From assembly GCF_009914755.1 (NCBI RefSeq), contig NC_060925.1: a DNA stretch of 64,000 nucleotides. One strand, written 5' to 3'. Under the pieces are notes generated by a model that saw nothing but the letters and a program-made list of their open reading frames with translations, made no database searches and was not told the DNA's origin. The first letter of the stretch is position 1, and every line of letters starts with the position of its first letter. This DNA is from the human T2T-CHM13v2.0 reference genome, Homo sapiens. Positions 1 to 12,514 of this stretch are shown in pieces. Both the position numbers and the translations under genes were made by a program.

Positions 1-830
1 GAGGACAGACTGAACGCCTTTCGTTTCATTAACACTTTCCTTCACCTGGTGATTTCTCCCTGCTGTCTACCAGGTCATTTGTTTCTCCCATACCTATTCT
101 TTCTCATTCTTCTCATGTCTCCAATTATTTTTCCAATTTCGATGGACCAGAATAGTGACTCTACTCTTACATTCAATCCCTCCCAAATCCCTATATTTTT
201 TTTCTTTAAATTAATGTGTACAGATACATGCATTTGTATCATTTGTCCTATTACGTGTGACTATGTATATCTGGTGTGTATGCTATATAGGGTGTATATA
301 TATATGCAGTAGATCATATAATGATGCAACTTTTGTAAATTCTCTAGGTTTAGTCTTCCTGGTTCTTTCCTCTCATCAGTTGCTGTCACCTATGTCTGGT
401 CTCACCTCTGTGCCACATGGGCTGCCACCCTGCCAGCCCCTTCCATTCCCATCTCCTGTTTGAACCCAGTTCTTATTTAACTTTGATTTTTGTAATCTCT
501 TCTCTCCCCAAAGCATAGCCTACATACAGTGTTATTTCCTTGCCTTTGCCTTATCTACCTGGAAGCTATTTGTGTTTCTGAATCCTATGTTTCTGGAATA
601 TTTTTGTGACTTGGCAGTGCCTTTGGATCCTGGCAATCTTGTCGTTACTGAGTAATGTAGGAAAGATCAACAAAAAAGAAAGTATTAAAGTGACTCTATC
701 GGCTTCCCCTCGCCCTTTGGACTTTCTTGTCCAAGGCTCTTTCCTGATTTGATGTCCTCTGGGTGGAAGAGAAAGTTACGGTAAGATCATGGATGGCAGC
801 GGATCCCATTGGCTGTGGTTTTCTTTTCAG

Positions 831-1045
831 AGCTGGTTTTAGAGCCCTCTCTGGGGATGAAGAACCCTCCCCAGCTGGAAGATGATGCACTTGAAGGCTC
901 AGCAAGCAACACACAAGGGCGTCAAGTCACTGGCCGGATTCGTGCCTCCCTTGTCCTGATACTGAAGACCATCAGAAGAAGACTCCCGTTCAGCAAGTGG
1001 AGACTGGCATTCAGATTCGCTGGCCCGCATGCTGAGAGTGCAGAG
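831..1045 (+). CDS. NBPF6: Penultimate coding exon of an NBPF4/NBPF6-type gene
   Basis: Acceptor ttcttttcag|A at 830/831 and donor GAG|gtaat at 1045/1046. Reads (E)LVLEPSLGMKNPPQLEDDALEGSASNTQGRQVTGRIRASLVLILKTIRRRLPFSKWRLAFRFAGPHAESAE, the NBPF4/6 C-terminal region. NBPF6 rather than NBPF4 is chosen from the recalled terminal peptide and neighbouring features. Confidence 0.88.
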
Positions 1046-2242
1046 GTAATCACATCTATGGCTGATAGCTGCACTCACTTCTTATTTCTCTGTCTATGGT
1101 GACAGCTCATTCTCTCACTGCTTTTTCTCTCCCATTTGTTCTCTCCAACAGCTGCTCTAACCTCTGTCTGGTCTTAGCTCTGTGTCCCATGGGCTCCCAC
1201 CCTGACTGGCCCCTTCTCTACCCATCTTCTCTTTACTCTCTGAACTCTGCTCTATTCCTTTTTCTACTGTCTTGAGAGTCCCTCTCATGGCCACAGGAGA
1301 GCCAGGCCTCCTTGTCCCCATCCAAGTACATAGTTTAAGCTGCTGAACACAGGGTTGTTTGCCCGGAATCACACACTCCTTTGGGAAATTTACCTTTCCT
1401 TGCTGCATCCCCAACTCCATTGCCTCTTTGTGTAGAAATCATTGCTTTAATACGTCATTTACACGAAGATTTTCCTCTTGAGTCCTCTTTTGAGCAACAC
1501 AACTAATTCAACTCTTAATCATCACTTGTTCCTCTGAATGAGAAGTGTTAAAACTAAGCACTAAGAGCCCCCCTAGGAAACTAAACTAGAACCAGGGTCA
1601 CAGGTGGGAGTTCCCTGCTGGCCTGGAGTCAGGTTTGTCTTTAGCCCCAGATGTGCAGCTTAGTGCCAACGTGGATGGAGTTGCCAGGGTCTCAGTGTTC
1701 TCATCTCATGGACTCACTTGAGCTGATGTTAACTGGGGAACATTTATGACATTCTAAAGGGACATCACTCCAAAAGTACATGCAGAGGGCAGGACTTGAA
1801 AACTGCATACATCATGAGGTACGTCATTCTAACCTCTCTCCTTTTTATTCTCATTTCCACTTTTCAAGTCCAGTTAAGGGTCTGAAATGCAAGTCAGATG
1901 AATCTTGAGGCCATTGTATATGAGAGAGCATTTTATGAATTAACTTTGAGAAAAGTGACTCCAGGACCAGCTTTATGCATACACTAGATGACAGGAATCT
2001 GTCTACAGGACAGTCTTTGCTTCGGTGCAGCCCAATTGATAAGACAGAGATTTAACTGAAATTGTCAGAGAGAAGGCTAAAATCCATGGAACCACTGGGA
2101 ACAAAGCCAGTCATGAGATAAATGGGGAAAGGAAAGAAAATGATGGGAAATTGGGCTGGTCCATTTAGTATCTCTAAATCCTGCTGCCATGTAATAAGCA
2201 CCCAGTGAGATTTCAATTAAGATGAATGCCTTCAACTTACAC

Positions 2243-2340
2243 TTAGAGATGCTCACTTACATGGCCTGGGGTGTGGTCTGAGCATCTGTAGTTTCAAAAT
2301 GCTCCCATGTGATTCTAATATGTGGCTAAAGACGAGAAGG
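2243..2340. mobile_element. MER5-like hAT DNA transposon fragment
   Basis: cctggggtgtggtctgagcatctgtagttt...gctcccatgtgattctaatatg resembles MER5A. Confidence 0.5.
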
Positions 2341-3976
2341 ACCCCTGGTCTACTATGACCTCAGGTTACCAACATGGAAGTGCCACATATGTGTGGCTAC
2401 TCCACAGAAAAGGCTGAGCCTCTATCAGACTTTGATGGGATCTGTATTCCCCTCTCAATAGTACTCTTCGTATAGCATAGAAAAAAATCAAGAAGAAAAA
2501 CAAGAAAATTAATAGATTAGACTTTTAGCCTCTGCTTGAAGCACACTTGCTGAATTTTGAATACAAGATAAGTAAGAAATAGTCATGATATTAACACCTA
2601 ATGTACGGAAATAATACCTGCCATATTACATATAGTGGAATTTAGTATTTTCTTTTGCATTTTAAAATAAAACTTCCAGTTTACATTTCCCCACACCCAT
2701 TTTATAGCCCACCAATGGTCTCACCACTGCAATGTGAAAATTTTACTTTTGGTCAATTATTGTCCTTCTGCAAAATCCCCAAAGAGAACTCATTGGTCCC
2801 CCTGTCCTGAAGAGCATACAATAACAAATTAAGACTGAAATGCTGCAAGAGATTGTATATGAATACTTCTTCATGCCTCTCTTCACACTGGCATAAAATA
2901 TTAAAAAGAAACCTTTCTCATAATGTACTTGGGGAAAACAATAAGCGGGACGGGAGACTGTAGTAAAACACAAACTAATCCTTTTCACTTTGTACTTCAG
3001 AGTTTTCTTGGTCTAGATATTGAGAATATTTCTAGAAATGCCTTAAGGTGGAACCGGATGTGGAATCAACATCAGGGCATTAGGGAAAATAAGTTGGGCC
3101 ATGGTTACAGTCCCTTTTCTCACTTTGCTAACTCCATTTTGAGTCTCTTTTTTTAAACTCCCTTTCTTTCCTGATGACCTTTGGACAAAAACTTATAATT
3201 ATATATATTTTTTATTTTTTTAACCAACCAAAGAAACAGCAGCACCATCATATTTATCTGTAAAACCTTATTCCTGTCCTAGCCAAGGTGACCCAACCAC
3301 CACTCATGACTGTTGAGACCTCCAGATTGGAGCCTTTCCTCTCGCTTTCTCCAATCTTTATTGAAAGGCCTTAGTGGGTGGATTCTAATTCCTGGGTTGT
3401 CAATAGCAAGTCATGTGGCCTTAGTTCCATCTTACCCCTGTGGCATCACTACTCCTCTGTTGTAAAATGTGGACCTGGACGTGGATGTTGTCTGAGGTTT
3501 CTGCTGCTTCTCATATCCAGGGTTCTTCCCATGGCCCTCCCGCTCCTCCCTAGAAGACTAGGACATGGAGTTGTAAGGGGGTGGGTTTCTCTGCAGAGGC
3601 TCCTGTCCTTCTGCTCCCCTCTGTTTCTTGGCATGCATGATTGATGCTGAGTACATGCTCACTGGGAGGAAAAGCCATCACTCTGCTCCAGACAGAGGGG
3701 ATCAGGAGGAAAGGGGATGATGTTGCCCACTGCTGGTTGGGCATAGGTGGGGTCCTTATATCCTGCACCCCAGGCTGACTGGAAGTTCAGGAGTGTTTTC
3801 TTCTCACTTGTGGATGGTGCTTCCCCCTTCTGACAGCCCAGGACTCACCCTTCAGCTCATCCTCCCAGCAGGAGATCCCAGTGAGATATCACTGCTTAGC
3901 AATCCCTCCAGACTCAGCCATCAGGTGGACCTGACAAAAATGCTCATTTGATTTTTTTTCTCTCTCTCCCCTACAG

Positions 3977-4018
3977 ATACCAAATACTGCTGAAAGGATG
4001 CAAAGGATGATAGGATGA
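3977..4018 (+). CDS. NBPF6: Coding part of the terminal NBPF6 exon (IPNTAERMQRMIG*)
   Basis: Pyrimidine tract plus ctacag| acceptor at 3976/3977. Phase 0 matches the preceding exon. TGA at 4016-4018. Confidence 0.87.
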   Translation: MPNTAERMQRMIG

Positions 4019-4915
4019 AAGAATGTCACAAAAAGCAGCTTTTCCACTTGATAAAAACAACTAAAACAGCAAAGCAAGTTTAAGTCCAAACACAATATTG
4101 CAGGGGTCCTTCACTGAGGATTGAATTTCAGACACAGAATACTCTTGATGACTTCAAGCCACTATGCTCCTTTGATTTGAGAAGCCACATTCCATCCCCC
4201 TCCAATTGTGATCAATACCTAGGGAGACCAATGCCCAGATGGACAAATAGCATTGACTGGCATTAGCCCTGTTTCTCAATTCCCATCATGTAGAGAACAG
4301 GAGTCCGCAGCTGCTGGCAGGAGACAGCATGTCAGCCGGGACTCTGCCAGGGCAGAGTATGAGCAATGCCATGTTCTTGCTGAAAACGTTTAGCCTGAGT
4401 TTCATAGGAGGTAACCCTCAGATAACTGCAGAATGTAGAACATTGAACAGGACAACTGACATGTCTCCTTCAAACAGTCCATGTCACCACCAAGAAAACA
4501 ACAAAAAGGAGAAGAGACATTTTGAGTTCAAAAAGAGTAAAAAGCCTATGCAGCTTATGCTTTTTTAGTCATTTTGAACCCAAAACATCTCCTTATCTTT
4601 TTGTTGTTGTCATCAATGGTGGTGACATGGACTTGTTTGTGGAGGACGGGTCAGCTCTCTGGCTCAATGGTCTACATTCTGAAGTTATCTGAAAATGTCG
4701 TCATGATTAAATTCAGCCTAAACATTTTACCAGGAACTCTGCAGAGTCCATGCTGTGAGCTTCCTACCTCAGCCCATCTGCAGGCAGAGAAGGCCCAGTG
4801 TGTCCATCCCCAGTGCGGTGATACTAGGATGTTCACTTGGTCAAGGAGGGGTCTAGGAGCTCTGTCCCTTGTAAAGACACCTTATTTATAATTAAATTGG
4901 AAAGTGGTTTGAAAT
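4019..4915 (+). other. NBPF6: NBPF 3' UTR with candidate ATTAAA poly(A) signal (4891-4896)
   Basis: Resembles the NBPF-family 3' UTR (gcaatgccatgttcttgctgaaaacg...cctgagtttcataggaggtaa). The 3' end is approximate. Confidence 0.6.
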
Positions 4916-6199
4916 AGTATAAATATCCTGTATTCTAACAATCTTCTTCTGAGTATTTTATCATCAATTAATCACCCCTGCCTGTGTCAGTTATTATATT
5001 TATGTTTTTACATTGGAAATTGTCTTCTCAAAATTTTACTATGTACTTGTTTTTGCTGGCATTCTGTCGTAAAAAGGAACATTCCCTGCCCAAAGTTTGA
5101 CTTTCATCCAAAATTAATTTTAGTCCATTAAAGTTAAAATGTTAAAGTTTTAAATCACTTTAATTAAATTTTTTTGCCTATCACCCTGGACTAGTGAATT
5201 TTTCACATACAATGTTTTAAGCTTTTATTTTATTATTGGTTTTCATGGATAAGAATATAGATTAATAAAAACATTCTTATTTACCTGTTTATATTCTAAA
5301 GTATTCCATATTTTAGTCTTATTTACCATATGTAGTAGATTGTATTTACTGTATTTCTTTGTCAATGTTATTTGTTTTGTTTGTGTGTGTGTGCATGTGT
5401 GTGTGTGCCTTTTGTTTGTTATTTAGGAAGGGTTGTATAGATCCTGTTTAACATTGCACTAAAAAGGTTTTGACATCAGTAGTCCCCTTTTAACCTGACA
5501 CATTTCTAATATTTGGTTTATAAATTTTAAATTATATCTGTCAACTTCAAATTTTTACCACTGTAACAATCAAAGAAATTATTTTTGTCTTCTCTGACCT
5601 CTTTACCTGCCATTTCTGATAGTGTTATTTCAACCCAAACATATACCAGGGACAGCCTATGTCTCCCACCTTGTCCCCACCTTGGTTTTTGGTTTAGATC
5701 TGCAATTAAATACATTGATGCTCATGAGCTATTCAAAAGTGCATGTCCTAGGCATCACTTACTGAGTATCATTCATCCTTAACAATGTCTCCATGAGAGA
5801 ATCAGGTCTCACTGACTTTTGCATCCTTAATAAACTTTTCCCACTGCCTTGGTACATGGACACCTCACTTGATATAAGGTACTTACCAAAAATGATTTTT
5901 TCTTGAGATTTTAGGAAACATTGTCTTGCTTTCAGTGACATGCATGGTGTGTGTTCTCATTCTGGGATTCTATTTTGTTCTATCAGGACCTCTAATTTCT
6001 GCCAGTTACTCCATTCATTCTCTTCACCAGAAATCTCCAGAGGACACTTCATTTGTCATAGTGTCTCTACCACTCCTGCTGAACAAGCTTGGGTATGCAT
6101 AGAAACTGAGGCCAAGTTGTGTCACTGGGCACATTTGGGCATCAACATCAAATGTCTGGCATCAAATCCCAGAATCTCAAACAGGCAAAAAGGAAGGAA

Positions 6200-6668
6200 A
6201 ACATGAAACATAATGAAGAATGTAATAATTCAGTTGAAAATGACACACATTAAAAATAGAAGACAAGGACATTAGAGCAGTTATAATTTTATTTAAGTGA
6301 AGATGTTGGAGATATTTTTAAATATCAAACTTCATAAGTGCAAACTGTGGTTTACAGTCTGAAATTTTTAAAATGCACTGAATTGAACATTGCAGAAGAA
6401 AATATTAATGAACTAGAAGAAATAGCAGTAGAAACTAACACAAATGAAACACACAGAGAAAAATGAATTTAAAAAATAAAAAGCCCATCAGTGGGAAATC
6501 TTTAAATACCCTACTGTAGGGGTAAATGGAATCCCTGAAGGGAATGGAGTGGGTAAGAGGGATAGAAAAATATTTAAAACATACTGGATGAAAGCTTTCT
6601 AAGCTTCATGAAAACCATAAACCCCAAATATCCCAGAAACATAATGTATCCTAAAGATAAGAAACATG
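6200..6668 (+). mobile_element. Old L1M ORF1-region fragment, left part of the HERV-H host
   Basis: A-rich L1 ORF1-like sequence that resumes after the HERV-H at 12111 (MKKTTPRNTILQLIKTSDEEKLL resembles L1 ORF1 KTTPRHIIIKLLK). Confidence 0.65.
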
Positions 6669-7379
6669 GGCTGACTCTCTTTTCGGACTCAGCCCGCCTG
6701 CACCCAGGTGAAATAAACAGCCATGTTGCTCACACAAAGCCTGTTTGGTGGTCTCTTCACATGGACGCGCATGAAATTTGGTGCCGTGACTCAGATCAGG
6801 GGACCTCCCTTGGGAGATCCATCCCCTGTCCTTCTGCTCTTTGCTCCGTAAAAAAGATCCACCTACGACCTCAGGTCCTCAGACCCACCAGCCCAAGGAA
6901 CATCTCACCAATTTTAAATCGGGTAAGCGGCCTCTTCTTACTCTCTTCTCCAACCTCTCTCACTGTCCCTCAACCACTTTCTCCTTTCCACTCTTCAATC
7001 TCTCCCTTCTCTTAATTTCAATTCCTTTCATTTTCTGGTAGAGACAAAGGAGACGTGTTTTATCTGTGGACCCAAAACTCTGGCGCCGGTCATGGACTAA
7101 GGAAGGCAGCCTTCCCTTGGTGTTTAATCATTGCAGGGACGCCTCTCTGATTATTCACCCAGGTTTCAGAGGTGTCAGACCACGAAGGGATGCCTGCCTT
7201 GGTCATTCACTCTTAGCAGCAAGTCCCGCTTTTCTGGGAAAGAGGCAAGTACCCCAACCCCTTCTCTCTGGGTCTCTACCCCTTCTCCACCTTTCTGGGG
7301 GGCAAGAAACCCCCAACCCCTTCTCCTTCACTCTTAGCAGCAAGTCCCACTTTTCTAGAGGAGGGGCAAGTACCCCAAC

Positions 7380-7600
7380 CTCATATCTCTGTGCCCCAAT
7401 CTCTTATTTCTGTGCCCCAACCTCTTATATCTCTGTGCCCCAATCCCTTATTTCCATGCCCTGACCTCTTATCTCTGCACCCTGATCCCTTATTTCCACA
7501 CCCCGACCTCTTATCTCTGCGCCCCATCCCTTATTTCCATGCCCCGACCTCTTATCTCTGTGCCCCAACCCCTTATATCCATGCCCCAACCCCTTTCCCA
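7380..7600 (+). repeat. HERV-H leader tandem repeats
   Basis: Alternating cctcttatctctgtgcccc / cccttatttcc units. Confidence 0.8.
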
Positions 7601-10600
7601 CTTTTCTGGAAGGTAAGAACCCCCAAACCCCTTCCCTCCGTGTCTCTACTCTTTCTTTTCTCTAGGCTTGCTTTCTTCACTATGGGCAACTTTCCACCCT
7701 CCATTCCTCCTTCTTCTCCCTTGGCCTGTGTTCTCAAAAACTTAAAACCTCTTCAACTCACACCTGACCTAAAACCTAAATGCCTTATTTTCTTCTGCAA
7801 TGCCGCTTGACCCCAATACAAACTCAACAGTAGTTCCAAATAGCCAGAAAATGGCACTTTCAATTTTTGCATCCTGCAAGATCTAAATAATTCTTGTCGT
7901 AAAATGGGCAGACGGTCTGAGGTGCCTGACGTCCAGGCATTCTTTCACATATCGGTCCCTCCCTAGTCTCTGTGCCCGGTGCAACTCGTCCCAAATCTTC
8001 CTTTTTTCCCTCCCGCCTGTCCCCTCAGTCCCAACCCCAAGCGTCACTGAGTCTTTCTAATCTTCCTTTTCTACAGACCCATCTGACCTCTCCCCTCCTC
8101 ACCAGGCTGAGCTAGGTCCCAATTCTTCCTCAGCCTCCGCTCCTCCACCCTATAATCCTTTTATCACCTCCCCTGCTCACACCCGGTTTGGCTTACAGCT
8201 TCATTCGGTGACTAGCCCTCCCCCACCTGCCCAGCAATTTACTCTTAAAAAGGTGGTTAGAGCTAAAGGCATAGTTAAGGTTAATGCTCCTTTTTCTTTA
8301 TCCCAAATCAGATAGCATTTAGGCTCTTTTTTGTCAAATATAAAAATCCAGCCCAGTTCATGACTTGTTTGGCAGCAACCCTGAGACACTTTACAGCCCT
8401 AGACCCTAAAAGGTCAAAAGGCCGTCTTATTCTCAAAATACATTTTATTACCCAATCTGCTCCCGACATTAAATAAAACTCCAAAAATTAAATTCCAGCC
8501 CTCAAACCCCACAACAGGATTTAATTAACCTCGCCTTCAAGGTGTACAATAATAGAAAAAATTTGCAATTCCTTGCCTCCTCTGTGAGACAAACCCCAGC
8601 CACATCTCCAGCACACAAGAACTTCCAAACACCTGAACTGCAGCAGCCAGGCGTTCCTCCAGAACCTCCTCCCCCAGGAGCTTGCTACAAGTGCCAGAAA
8701 TCTGACCACCAGGACAAGGAATGCCTGCAGCCCAGGATTCTTCCTAAGCCGTGTCCCATCTGTGCGGGACCCCACTGAAAATCGGACTGTTCAACTCACC
8801 TGGCAGCCACTCCCAGAGCCCCTGGAACTCTGGCCCAAGGCTCTCTGACTGACTCCTTCTTGGCTTAGCGGCTGAAGACTGAGGCTGCCCGATTGCCTCG
8901 GAAGCTTCAGACCATCACGGACGCCGAGCTTCAGGTAACTCTCACAATGGAAGGTAAGTCCGTCCCCTTAGTCAATACAGAGGCTACCCACTCCACATTA
9001 CCTTCTTTTCAAGGGCCTGTTTCCCTTCCCTCCATAACTGTTGTGGGTATTGACAGCCAGGCTTCTAAACCCCTGAAAACTCCCCCACTCTGGTGCCAAC
9101 TTGGACAACACTCTTTTATGCACTCTTTTTTAGTTATCCCCACCTGCCCAGTTCCCTTATTAGGCTGAGATATTTTAACCAAATTATCTGCTTCCCTGAC
9201 TATTCCTGGACTACAGCTGCATCTCATTGCCGCCCTTCTCCCCAACCCAAAGCCTCCTTCGCGTCTTCCTCTCGTATCCCCCCACCTTAACCCACAAGTA
9301 TGGGACATCTCTACTCCATCCCTGGCAACTGATCACATGCCCTTTACCATCCCATTAAAACCTAATCACCCTTACCCTGCTCAACGCCAATATCCCATCC
9401 CACAGCACGCTTTAAAAGGATTAAAGCCTGTTATCACTCGCCTGCTACAGCATGGGCTTCTAAAACCTATAACTCTCCTTACAATTCCCCCATTTTACCT
9501 GTCCAAAAACCGGACAAGTCTTACAGATTATTTCAGGATCTGCGCCTTATCAACCAAATTGTTTTGCCTATCCACCCTGTAGTGCCCAACCCATACACTC
9601 TTTTGTCCTCAATACCTTCCTCCACAACTCACTATTCCATTCTCGATCTTAAAGATGCTTTTTTCACTATTCCCCTGCACCCCTCATCCAAGCCTCTCTT
9701 TGCTTTCACTTAGACTGACCCTGACACCCATTAGGCTCAGCAAATTACCTAGGCTGTACTGCTGCAAGGCTTCACAGACAGCCCCCATTACTTCAGTCAA
9801 GCCCAAATTTTATCCTCATCTGTTACCTATCTCAGCATAATTCTCATAAAAACACATGTGCTCTCCCTGCTGATCTTGTCCAATTAATCTCCCAAACCTC
9901 AATCCCTTACAAAAGAACAACTCCTTTCCTTCCTAGGCATGGTTAGTGCGGTCAGAATTCTTACATAAGAGCCAGGACCACACCCTGTAGCCTTTCTGTC
10001 CAAACAACTTGACCTTACTGTTTTAGCCTAGCCCTCATGTCTGTGTGCAGCAGCTGCTGCTGCTTTAATAATTTTAGAGGCCCTAAAAATCACAAACTAT
10101 GCTCAACTCACTCTTTACAACTCTCATAATTTCCAAAATCTATTTTCTTACTCACACCTGATGCATATGCTTTCTGCTCCCCGGCTCCTTCAGCTATACT
10201 CACTCTTTGTTAAGTCTCCACAATTACCATTGTTCCTGCCCCAGACTTCAATCTGGCCTCTCACATTATTCCAGATACCACACCTGACCCTCATGACTGC
10301 ATCTCTCTGATCCACCTGACGTTCACCCCATTTCCCCACATTTCCTTCTTCCCTGTTTCTCACCCTGATCACACTTAGTTTATTGATGGCAGTTCCACCA
10401 GGCCTAATCACCACACACCAGCAAAGGCAGGCTATGCTATAGTACAAGCCACTAGCCCACCTCTTAGAACCTCTCATTTCCTTTCCATCATGGAAATCTA
10501 TCCTCAAAGAAATAACTTCTCAGTGTTCCATCTGCTATTCTACTACTCCTCATGGATATTATTCAGGCCCCCTCCCTTCCCTACACATCAAGCTCAAGGA

Positions 10601-11695
10601 TTTGCCCCAACCCAGGACTGGCAAATTAGCTTTACTCAACATGCCCCAAGTAAGATAACTAAAATACCTCTTAGTCTAGGTAGACACTTTCACTGGATAA
10701 GTAGAGTCCTTTCCTACAGGGTCTGAGAAGGCCACTGCAGTCATTTCTTCCCTTCTGTCAAACAAAATTCTTCAGTTTAGCCTTGTCATTCCCTTCTGTC
10801 AGACATAATTCCTCAGTTTAGCCTTCCCACCTCTATACAGTCTGATAACAGACCAGCCTTTATTAGTCAAATCAGCCAAGCATTTTTTCAGGCTCTTAGT
10901 ATTCAGTGACAGACTAATGCTATTAAAAACACACCTCACAAAGCTCAGCCACCAACTTAAAAAGGACTGGACAATACTTTTACCACTTTTGCTTCTCAGA
11001 ATTCAGGCCTGTCCTCGGAATGCTACAAGACACTGCCCATTTAAGCTCCTGTATAGACACTCCTTTTTATTAGGCCCCAGTCTCATTCCAGACACCAGAC
11101 CAACTTAGACTGTGCCCCCAAAAACTTGTCATCCCTACTATCTTCTGTCTAGTCATACTCCTATTCACCGTTCTCAACTACTTATACATGCCCTGCTCTT
11201 GTTTACACTGCCAGTTTACACTGTTTCTCCAAGCCATCACAGCTGATATCTCCTGGTACTATCCCCAAACCGCCACTCTTAACTCTTAAAGTAAATAAAT
11301 AATCTTTGCTGGCAAGGCTATACTGAACCTCCTTAGGCACTCTCTAATTAGATGTCCTAGGTCCTTCCAATTCTTAGTCCTTTAATACCTGTTTTTCTCC
11401 TTCTCTTATTCTGTTTAGTTTTTCAATTCATACAAAACTGTATCTAGGCCATCACTAATAATTCTAAATGACAAATGTTTCTTCTAACAACCCCACAATA
11501 TCACCCCTTACCACAAAATCTTCCTTCAGCTTAATCGCTCCCACTTTAGGTTCCTACGCCTCCCCCAATCCCGCTCAAAGCAGCCCTGAGAAACATCGCC
11601 CATTATCTCTCCATACCATCCCCCAAAATTTTCACTGTCCCAACACTTTACCACTATTTTGTTTTATTTTTCTTATTAATATAAGAATACAGGAA

Positions 11696-12060
11696 TGTCA
11701 GGCCTCTGAGCCCAAGCTAAGCCATCATATCCCCTGTGGCCTGCACATACACATCCAGATGGCCAGTTCCTGACTTAACTGATGACATTCTACCACAAAA
11801 GAAGTGAAAATGGCCTGTTCCTGCCTTAACTGATGACATTGTCTTGTGAAATTCCTTCTCCTGGCTCATCCTGGCTCAAAAGCTCCCCTACTGAGCACCT
11901 TGTGACCCCCACTCTGCCTGCCAGAGAACAACCTCCCTTTGACTGTAATTTTCCTTTACCTACACAAATCCTATAAAACGGCCCCACCCCTATCTCCCTT
12001 CGCTGACTTTCTTTGGACTCAGCCTGCCTGCACCCAGGTGAAATAAACAGCCATGTTGCT
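11696..12060 (+). promoter_or_regulatory. LTR7 U3-R lacking U5; TATA at 11972-11978, AATAAA in R
   Basis: tgtcaggcctctgagcccaagctaagcc start after a polypurine tract, two ttaactgatgacatt repeats, ctataaaacggcccc. Confidence 0.9.
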
Positions 12061-12066
12061 AAAAAA

Positions 12067-12101
<35 letters not shown>

Positions 12102-12105
<4 letters not shown>

Positions 12106-12459
12106 GAAACATGAAGAAAACTACACCAAGGAACACCATACTCCAATTGATCAAAACCAGTGATGAAGAGAAACTCCTCAGAGGAATAAAAGGTGAAAAG
12201 ACATGTTACATACAGAGGACTAACTGTAAGGATGGCATCCAATTTCTCATCAGAACTGTTACAAACAAAAAGTTTGCAATAGCTTTCAAGTACTGAAAAA
12301 AGAAAACACTGTCAACCTAGAATTCTATACCCAGTCAAAATATCTTTCAAAACTGAAGATGAGCAAAAAAGTTTTGGAAAGAAAAAAAATTATCTCAATT
12401 TGCAGATGACATGACCCTATATAGAGAAAATACCAAATAATAAACACCCCCCCACCCCA

Positions 12460-12514
<55 letters not shown>

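Larger units (their letters stand above)
6669..12101 (+). mobile_element. HERV-H processed (L1-retrotransposed) copy: R-U5, deleted gag/pro/pol internal region, U3-R, poly(A)
   Basis: Begins at LTR7 R (gctgactctcttttcgg, 6670) and U5 ends at 6776. tRNA-His PBS tggtgccgtgactcagat at 6779-6796. Gag CCHC knuckle CYKCQKSDHQDKEC, RT remnant [14 protein letters not shown]. 3' LTR starts at 11696 and stops at the end of R (12060), followed by an A/(TAAA)n tail. TSD ataagaaacatg at 6657-6668 and 12102-12113. Confidence 0.95.

Noticed and set aside
8542-11108. Functional HERV-H gag/pro/pol or env proteins
   Set aside because: Only short fragments with stops and deletions; the protease motif is degenerate (NTEA) and there is no env ORF.
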